From an uncultured delta proteobacterium (GTDB lineage: Bacteria; Desulfobacterota; WTBG01), in the NCBI GenBank assembly GCA_963793865.1, contig CAWCBP010000001.1, positions 288,001 to 352,000 of the forward strand: a DNA stretch of 64,000 bases, in the 5' to 3' direction. A program made the position numbers and the translations under genes. The notes below the pieces were generated by a model, which worked only from the letters and a program-made list of their open reading frames with translations, was not told the DNA's origin and did no database searches. Positions 57,607 through 64,000 of this stretch are shown here, piece by piece. Numbering within the stretch: position 1 is the first letter of the stretch; each line of letters starts with the position of its first letter.

Positions 57607-58362
57607 ATGGAAATAATTATTATTGGTTCGGGAACAGGCGTTCCCTCTTTGCGGCGCGGCTCCCCCGCGACGGTCATCAGGGTAGGGGACCATCTTCTGC
57701 TGCTTGACAGCGGATCAGGGACGCTGCGGCGCCTGCTGGAAGCGGGGGTTGATTTCAGGGATGTTGATTATCTTTTCTACAGCCACTTTCACCCGGATCA
57801 CACCTCCGACCTGGTTCCCTTTCTCTTCGCTTCCAACTACGGGAGTGAAGAGGTGAGAAGGCGCGGGCTCACCATCATCGGCCCGCCCGGCATGGCCGCC
57901 TTTTATGAAAAGCTTAAGGGTATTTACGGCAAATGGATCGTACCCCAGGACTATTCCCTGAGTATTGAGGAAGTCTCATCCGGAGAAATTCCCTTTGCAG
58001 ACTTCAGCGTCAGGGGATTCCCCCTTGCGCATACCGACCACAGCGTGGGGTTCAGGATAACCGGGGAGGGAGGAAAGGTCGTTTCCTATTCAGGCGATAC
58101 TGATTACTGCGCAAACCTGATCGCCCTGGCGCGCGGTGCCGGCGTGCTGATTGTTGAGTGCTCGTTTCCCGACGACAGGAAGGTGGAAGGACACCTTACC
58201 CCTTCGCTGGCCGGCCGGGCGGCGCGGGAAGCGGGGTGTAAAAAAGTGGTGCTGACCCATTTGTACCCGCCCTGCGACAGCCATGATGTCGTCGGGGCGG
58301 TGAAGCGGGAGTTTGCCGGCGAGGTGGCGCTGGCGGAAGATTTCATGAGGGTGGAGCTGTAG
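57607..58362 (+). CDS. MBL-fold metallo-hydrolase (RNase Z-like)
   Basis: IIGSGTG.P, LLDSGSG, SHFHPDH, YSGDT, HLTP, LTHLYP. Confidence 0.88.
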   Translation: MEIIIIGSGTGVPSLRRGSPATVIRVGDHLLLLDSGSGTLRRLLEAGVDFRDVDYLFYSHFHPDHTSDLVPFLFASNYGSEEVRRRGLTIIGPPGMAAFYEKLKGIYGKWIVPQDYSLSIEEVSSGEIPFADFSVRGFPLAHTDHSVGFRITGEGGKVVSYSGDTDYCANLIALARGAGVLIVECSFPDDRKVEGHLTPSLAGRAAREAGCKKVVLTHLYPPCDSHDVVGAVKREFAGEVALAEDFMRVEL

Positions 58363-58377
58363 GCGGAGCGTGATGCC

Positions 58378-58665
58378 GTGAAGCGGTGCTATTTCTGCGG
58401 AACAGAGCTGGATGTCGGCCGGATTGTGGGCAGGGGGGATATCTGCCCGCAGTGCCGCCGTGATGTGCGGTGCTGCCGCAATTGCGCATTCCATGATCCA
58501 CATGCCTCCAATCAATGCCGTGAGCCTCAGAGCGAAACGGTGAGCGACCGCGCCGCGAGTAATTTTTGTGATTACTTTCAATTCGCTGACACGGCAGGGG
58601 AGGGGCGGGTAAATGACGCGGCGCAAAAAGCACGGGAGGAGTGGGAGCGCCTTTTTAAGAAGTGA
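58378..58665 (+). CDS. Small Cys-rich (zinc-finger-like) hypothetical protein
   Basis: CxxC, CxxC, CCxxC, C and NFCDYF motifs. Confidence 0.75.
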   Translation: MKRCYFCGTELDVGRIVGRGDICPQCRRDVRCCRNCAFHDPHASNQCREPQSETVSDRAASNFCDYFQFADTAGEGRVNDAAQKAREEWERLFKK

Positions 58666-58708
58666 CCCTCGTCCCATGGAAAGGCGACCGCACATGGCTA
58701 AAAAAGCC

Positions 58709-58737
58709 TTGACATTGAAGGGACGATTTAATATGTT
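58709..58737 (+). promoter_or_regulatory. Sigma70 promoter (TTGACA-17-TATGTT)
   Basis: Consensus -35 with 17-bp spacing, about 135 nt upstream of 58872. Confidence 0.6.
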
Positions 58738-58871
58738 GAAATTGCAAGTGCCTTCAAGGTAAGCTCTTGCAATGCACGGCATGCGACATGGGAAGAGGTG
58801 CATAACTGATGCTGTTTGTGCCTAAAGATAGGCAGGCAGGGTAAAGAAAATAAAACGAAAGGAGGAGTAGC

Positions 58872-59111
58872 ATGGCAGAACTTAATTGGGGAGGTAACAC
58901 CAAGGCAATGTTTGACAAGCTCATTGAAAGCTCACCCAAGCCTTTCAGGGCGATGACTGAAAAAAAGATGCTGGAGGGATTGGCGAAAAAGGCCGGCGAT
59001 GCAGGTAACGTCACTGAAGACATGCTGGTGGAAGTGATCAAGGAGATCACCCCCAAGCCTTTTATCGCCATGGCGTTAAAGAACATTGAACCGATGATGA
59101 CCAAGGCGTAG
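58872..59111 (+). CDS. Small helical hypothetical protein with internal PKPF(R/I)AM repeat (DUF2621/PCP_red-like)
   Basis: AAGGAGGAG RBS, its own promoter and terminator. Confidence 0.75.
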   Translation: MAELNWGGNTKAMFDKLIESSPKPFRAMTEKKMLEGLAKKAGDAGNVTEDMLVEVIKEITPKPFIAMALKNIEPMMTKA

Positions 59112-59138
59112 TTTTTAAGCACGCCTGCGGATGATGTG

Positions 59139-59180
59139 AGAGGGAAAGGCCGATTGCCCATCGGCCTTTCCCTCTTTTTT
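59139..59180 (+). terminator. Rho-independent terminator
   Basis: 16-bp stem AGAGGGAAAGGCCGAT/ATCGGCCTTTCCCTCT followed by a T-tract. Confidence 0.88.
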
Positions 59181-59186
59181 GTGCGT

Positions 59187-59971
59187 TTAAGGTAAGGGGC
59201 TACAGATGGGTTTCCCGGGGCTGCTGCTTCACCTGCGGGGACTGCCGCCTTTTTCAGGAAGATGTCATCGTAGTCGGCCCCGGCCTCGGAGGCGGTATCG
59301 TCGGCATCGGTCAGGATGCCCACCGCCCGGACCACCCCCGGCTCCTTCTTGAACAGCCGCTTGTAATCTTCGTAGGCGTTCACTTCCTCGGTCATCCACC
59401 GGTTGACGGATGAAGACCCGTTTTGCAGGACCACTATCTTGGTCTTGCCGGAGTACGGGCTGTCTGTCACCGTGCCGGGGGAGAGGCTTGCGCTCCAGAC
59501 GTACTTGATGCATTCAGGCTTCATGGCATCAGGGACCGGAACGCTGATGCCCCACCGGTTTTTCAAGGCTTCGGGCTTGAAGGCGCTGGGGAAAATGACG
59601 TAGATGCCCGCGGCGCTGTCACCCGATTTTTTATACCGCTCGTCACCGCCGCGGGGAAGCGTGTGCGCCCGCCATCGCCAGGAGATGACGGGGAACTCCT
59701 TCAGGTTATAGTTCATTTCCTTGGCAATGATGGAGCCGTTTCGCCTGGCGCGGGCCTGGAGAAAGTAGTTGTCGTCCTCCATGGCGATGGTATAGAGCCG
59801 GTGAAATGTGTCATCTGCAGATGCCCATCCCTCGAGCTTGCCCGCCTTGCCGGATGCGGTAAAGCAGTCAACTTCGCGCAGCTCCCCGGTATCCTGTGCG
59901 CCCGATGTCACTCCGCACACAACCAGGAGCAGAAGCAGCGAGCAGACGGCGCCTTTCTTCGTGTTTATCAT
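59187..59971 (-). CDS. DUF3047 family exported protein (3' end uncertain)
   Basis: Signal peptide, P.ISWRW, GD.AA.IYV.F, IKYVWS, EDYKRLF, TDADDT. The reading frame runs on to 58754, but the likely true stop is an off-frame TAA near 59187. Confidence 0.75.
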
Positions 59972-60143
59972 ATGATCCTTTCTTGAGATTGCAGCCTGTG
60001 ATCGCAAAAAATCTAAAAAACTATACTGGATAATGCCCGGTCTGTCAACCGCATTTGCCTGCAGCGGCAGGATCATGCCGCAGGGCGGGACGCAGCTCCG
60101 CCGGATTCTATGCTTGACAGTATACTTTATCATCTGTTAGGTT

Positions 60144-60302
60144 CTAGCAGGCTGTTGAAAAACACCCATCTGCTGCGTTACGCTCATCCTTCGTCACTGC
60201 AGCGTACTTGCATGTACGCCTCATTCCTCAGGATTTCGCGTGCCTTGCATCTGGATGTTTTTGAACAGCCTGCGGAAAACTACTTTTTCAACAACCGGTT
60301 AG
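60144..60302. mobile_element. MITE with GCAGGCTGTTGAAAAA...TTTTTCAACAACCGG ends, flanked by CTAG/TTAG
   Basis: Terminal inverted repeats related to 6281-6380 and 62087-62166; lies between a TTGACA box (60114) and ilvD. Confidence 0.72.
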
Positions 60303-60420
60303 TGCAGCCAAGTTGATGCTTTTTCTCTCAGCACCATTCCGGGACGGCAGGAGCGGCGTTCAGCCGCGGGTAGGTCGCGCATGAATGCGCTCCCGCCGAA
60401 ACGCAACGGAGGATTATGCG

Positions 60421-62079
60421 ATGCGTAGTGATGCAATGAAGCGGGGGCTGGAGCGCGCCCCTCACCGGTCACTTTACAAGGCCATGGGATATACCGACGA
60501 AGAGATTGCCCAGCCGCTCATCGGTGTTGCCAATTCCTACAACGAGATCATCCCCGGGCATGTTCACCTGAATGAGATCGTGAAGGCGGTCAAGGCCGGC
60601 ATCGCCTATGCCGGGGGGACCCCGGTGGAATTCGGCGTCATCGGTGTCTGCGACGGCATCGCCATGCACCATGCCGGCATGAAGTACTCGCTTGCCAGCC
60701 GTGAGCTGATCGCCGATTCGGTGGAGGTGATGGCCACGGCCCATCCCTTTGACGGGCTGGTACTGGTGACCAATTGCGACAAGATCACCCCGGGGATGCT
60801 CATGGCCGCGCTGCGCCTCAACATACCCGCCATCGTCATCAGCGGCGGACCGATGCTGACCGGGCGCAGGAACGGCCGCAAGACGGACGTCATCACGGTT
60901 TTCGAGGCGGTGGGCAGGGTAAAGGCGGGGGCCATGAGCGAGGGGGACTTGAGCGGACTCGAGGATGTGGCCTGCCCGGGCTGCGGAAGCTGTGCCGGCA
61001 TGTTCACCGCCAACACCATGAATTGTTTGACCGAGGCCCTGGGCATGGGGCTGCCGGGGAACGGCACCATCCCCGCCGTCAATGCGAGAAGGAAAAGGCT
61101 TGCCAAGATGGCCGGCGGGAAGATAATGGAGCTGGTCAGGAACAATATCAGGCCCAGGGATATTGCGGGCCTGGATGCATTTCGCAACGCCATTGCCGTG
61201 GACATGGCCCTCGGCGGTTCAACCAACACCGTCCTGCACCTTCCGGCGATTGCGCGGGAGGCGGAGATTGACTTCAGCCTGGACCTGTTTGATGAACTCA
61301 GCGCCCGGACGCCCAACCTCTGCAGCATCAGCCCCGCAGGCCCGTATCACCTGGAGGACCTGGACGCGGCGGGAGGCGTGCCTGCTGTCATGGCCGAGCT
61401 CACAAGGGCGCAGCTCATTCGCACCGGCAGCATGACGGTGACCGGCAGGACGGTGGGAGAGAACATCGCCGGGATTACCAGCGCCGATGCCGAAATCATC
61501 AGGCCGCTTGAAAGGCCCTACCACAGCGAGGGAGGCATTGCCATTCTGAGGGGCAACCTGGCCCCCGACGGCGCGGTGGTGAAGCAGGCGGCGGTGGACC
61601 CGCAGATGCTCAAAAACCGGGGAACGGCCAGGGTTTTTGATTGTGAGGAGGACGCGGTGGCGGCGATCATGGACAGGAAAATCAAGGCCGGCGACATCGT
61701 GGTAATCAGGTATGAAGGGCCGAAGGGAGGGCCGGGCATGCGGGAGATGCTCACCCCGACGTCAATCATTGCCGGGATGGGGCTGGACAAGGAGGTTGCC
61801 CTGATTACCGACGGCCGGTTCAGCGGGGGCACCAGGGGTGCCGCCATCGGCCACGTTTCTCCCGAGGCCATGGAGGGCGGTCCCATAGCGCTGGTTCGCG
61901 ATGGCGACGTCATAAGCATTGATATCCCTGCCAAGAAGCTTACCCTGGAAATAGCAGACGAGGAGCTGAACAGAAGAAAACGCGAATGGGTTGCCCCGGA
62001 GCCGAAAATCAGGGAAGGCTATCTCTCGCGGTACGCGAAAATGGTCACCTCGGCCAGCACCGGGGCGGTGTGCCGATAA
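60421..62079 (+). CDS. ilvD: Dihydroxy-acid dehydratase
   Basis: [49 protein letters not shown]. Confidence 0.97.
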   Translation: MRSDAMKRGLERAPHRSLYKAMGYTDEEIAQPLIGVANSYNEIIPGHVHLNEIVKAVKAGIAYAGGTPVEFGVIGVCDGIAMHHAGMKYSLASRELIADSVEVMATAHPFDGLVLVTNCDKITPGMLMAALRLNIPAIVISGGPMLTGRRNGRKTDVITVFEAVGRVKAGAMSEGDLSGLEDVACPGCGSCAGMFTANTMNCLTEALGMGLPGNGTIPAVNARRKRLAKMAGGKIMELVRNNIRPRDIAGLDAFRNAIAVDMALGGSTNTVLHLPAIAREAEIDFSLDLFDELSARTPNLCSISPAGPYHLEDLDAAGGVPAVMAELTRAQLIRTGSMTVTGRTVGENIAGITSADAEIIRPLERPYHSEGGIAILRGNLAPDGAVVKQAAVDPQMLKNRGTARVFDCEEDAVAAIMDRKIKAGDIVVIRYEGPKGGPGMREMLTPTSIIAGMGLDKEVALITDGRFSGGTRGAAIGHVSPEAMEGGPIALVRDGDVISIDIPAKKLTLEIADEELNRRKREWVAPEPKIREGYLSRYAKMVTSASTGAVCR

Positions 62080-62086
62080 CAGGATC

Positions 62087-62166
62087 CAGCAGGTTGTTCA
62101 AAGGCTCAAAGGGGGAGGGGCTTTTTAGCCACACATCAGATGGGCTGTTTTTCAACGGCCGGCTAG
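62087..62166. mobile_element. Short MITE-like element overlapping the rpoN stop (CTAG)
   Basis: Reverse complement matches 6281-6354 (GTTGAAAAACA.CCATCTGAT...AAAAGCCCCTCCCCCTT.GAGCCTTTGAA). Confidence 0.7.
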
Positions 62167-63644
62167 TAGAATTTTTTCCTCTTGGAGGAGGGCAGGATGC
62201 CGAGCATTTCGCGATACTTGGCAACGGTCCTGCGGGCAATGGTGATGTTCTGCCCCTTGAGCAGCTCCACGACTTCCTGATCGCTCAGCGGGTGATGTCC
62301 GTCTTCGCTGCTGAGTATCTCCCGGATTTTGTTTCTCACGCTTTCCGAGGCCACGCTGCCGTCAGTTCCCACCCCGGCATTGAAAAAATATTTCAACTCG
62401 AATATGCCGTGCGGGGTGTGGCAGTACTTGTTGGTGGTCACCCGGCTGATGGTGGACTCGTGCATGTTGATGTCTTCCGCCACATCCTTGAGAATGAGGG
62501 GCTTCAGGTGGTCGACGCCGTGGTCAAAGAAATCCCTCTGGAACTTGATAATGCTTTCCATGACCCGCTTGATGGTTCGCTCCCGCTGGTAGATGCTCTT
62601 GATCAGCCAGATGGCGGAGCGCATTTTGTTCCTGATGTACTCCTTGACCGGAGCGGATGACGTGTCGTTGTACATGGACCGGAGGTAGAAGGAGCTGACC
62701 CGCAGCCGGGGCATGCCCTCGCCGTTCAGGGTGATGCTGTAGCCGTCACCCGTCTTGATGACATGAATGTCGGGGGTTATGTACTGCGGCTCCCGGTCAA
62801 TGAAAGGCCTGCCCGGCTTGGGCTCAAGCTGGGAGATGATTTTGGCGGCCTCAACCACATCCTCGATGCCGACGCCGAGGCTGCCGGCAATGACCTGGTA
62901 GCGCTTTTTTTCCAGCTCGACCAGGTGGTATTTTACCATCTTCTCCAGCAGCTCCCGCCCGCTGGTGAGAAAACCGATCTGCACCAGCAGGCATTCTTCC
63001 AGGTTTCTGCAGGCCACCCCGACGGGATCGAAGGCCTGTATTTTTTTGAGCACCGACTCCGCCAGCTGCAGGGCGCGGAGGAGGCGCAGCCAGTTGGCGT
63101 GGTTCCAGCGGAAGCCGGCCGCTCCTTCCCGCCCGTCAAGCAGGTGCGACTTGGCAATATCCATGAGCGGCACCTGCAGATATCCGTCCTGGTTGATATT
63201 GCCGATGATAAGCTCCCCGATGCTGCGCTGGTCGTCGGGCAGCCCGTTCATGTGCAGCTGCCACATGAGATGATCAACCAGGGAGGTGCTCCTGGTGAGG
63301 GTGGTTTCAAAGCTTTCCCGGTCCTCGCTCTCCCCGAACGACGAGTAGCCATCGGCCAGGCTTTGCAGGTAGTCCTTCGGATCGGGCCCGGACGTGTCCG
63401 GAATTGCCTCGCCCATTACCAGCTTCTCATCCGCCAGCTCCTTTGGCAGATCGCCGTCCTGCAGCTGCGCTTCCGAATCGGATTCGGCAACTTCCTCCAG
63501 CATGGGATTTTCGGTCATCTCCTGCTGGATCATGTCCACCAGCTCCATTTTGCACATCTGCAGGAGCTTGATGGCCAGCTGCAGCTGGGGGGTCATCACC
63601 AGCTGGTGGGTAAGCTTCAGTTCCTGTCTCAGTTCAAATGCCAT
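62163..63644 (-). CDS. rpoN: RNA polymerase sigma-54 factor
   Basis: MTPQLQLAIKLLQ, HESTISRVT..KY, RpoN box ARRTVAKYRE. Confidence 0.96.
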   Translation of the reverse strand: MAFELRQELKLTHQLVMTPQLQLAIKLLQMCKMELVDMIQQEMTENPMLEEVAESDSEAQLQDGDLPKELADEKLVMGEAIPDTSGPDPKDYLQSLADGYSSFGESEDRESFETTLTRSTSLVDHLMWQLHMNGLPDDQRSIGELIIGNINQDGYLQVPLMDIAKSHLLDGREGAAGFRWNHANWLRLLRALQLAESVLKKIQAFDPVGVACRNLEECLLVQIGFLTSGRELLEKMVKYHLVELEKKRYQVIAGSLGVGIEDVVEAAKIISQLEPKPGRPFIDREPQYITPDIHVIKTGDGYSITLNGEGMPRLRVSSFYLRSMYNDTSSAPVKEYIRNKMRSAIWLIKSIYQRERTIKRVMESIIKFQRDFFDHGVDHLKPLILKDVAEDINMHESTISRVTTNKYCHTPHGIFELKYFFNAGVGTDGSVASESVRNKIREILSSEDGHHPLSDQEVVELLKGQNITIARRTVAKYREMLGILPSSKRKKFY

Positions 63645-63879
63645 AACCGTCTTTTTCCGGGACCTGCCGCCGCGTCAGGCCGGCGATTTCTCCCATCTTT
63701 GTATTGCCCGCTCGAGGTGTGCTGCTGTTTTCATTCGACAGGCGATGGAGGTTTCTTGAGGGGTTTTTACCGCCGGATGAGGGAGCAGCACGCACGGTTT
63801 TAAAACAAAGGATAATAAATCATGAGGAGCATGTCAATGCAAAAGAGTCCCGCGCGGAAGAAGGATGCAGCGGGCGATC

Positions 63880-64000
63880 TCAGGGCATGCCCAGCTGTTC
63901 CCTGAAGTAGGCGATGGTGTGAGAAAGCCCTTCCTCCAGGGGGACCTTCGGTTCCCATTCCAGCAGGCGCCTGGCCTTGGTAATATCGGGCTGCCGGACC
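63880..64000 (-). CDS. C-terminal fragment of a UDP-glucuronate decarboxylase-like NAD-dependent epimerase/dehydratase (gene starts beyond the window)
   Basis: Manual translation [43 protein letters not shown]. Confidence 0.78.
   Translation of the reverse strand, partial: VRQPDITKARRLLEWEPKVPLEEGLSHTIAYFREQLGMP

Noticed and set aside
10571..62166. Dispersed palindromes considered as a CRISPR array
   Set aside because: There is no regular repeat-spacer periodicity and no cas gene; they are dispersed REP/MITE elements.
63741..63790. GGCGATGGAG resembling the start of a fluoride riboswitch
   Set aside because: The pairing TTCGCC segment is absent and there is no downstream gene on that strand.

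Overview
A 64-kb bacterial window. Gene content (Tat and multiheme cytochromes, rpoN, polX, an aroA'-type aldolase) suggests an anaerobic deltaproteobacterium (Desulfobacterota/Syntrophales-like; inference). The GC-rich flanks carry housekeeping and catabolic genes: SDR, VOC, TPP-dependent E1 alpha/beta, aroA'-like aldolase, MscS, DUF1846, rlmD and aroC on the left; glgP, polX, ilvD and rpoN on the right. The visibly more AT-rich middle (about 11-30 kb, downstream of tRNA-Pro(GGG)) holds two ArsR-led minus-strand operons. The first is a long arsenic operon (arsR, arsP-like, acr3, Tat diheme protein, frameshifted arsM, arsC, thioredoxins, arsEFG-like). It continues into an unusual lipoate module: radical SAM/SPASM, two ArsD/YuzD-like proteins, a stand-alone GcvH, two DGC Zn proteins, OsmC and lipA. 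Its far end is faced by an inverted copy of the arsR promoter, operator and first ~18 codons. The second operon (arsR, Cys-rich exported protein, ABC exporter) ends in a probable selenoprotein with an in-frame TGA and a SECIS-like hairpin that the ORF track misses. Further right are a glycosyltransferase cluster (TIGR04282-like), a four-domain rhodanese and a thioredoxin-multiheme fusion. Intergenic regions are rich in REP/MITE-type repeats, including a three-level nested insertion. Four genes carry small frameshifts that may be sequencing errors. All calls are from motif reading; no searches were run.
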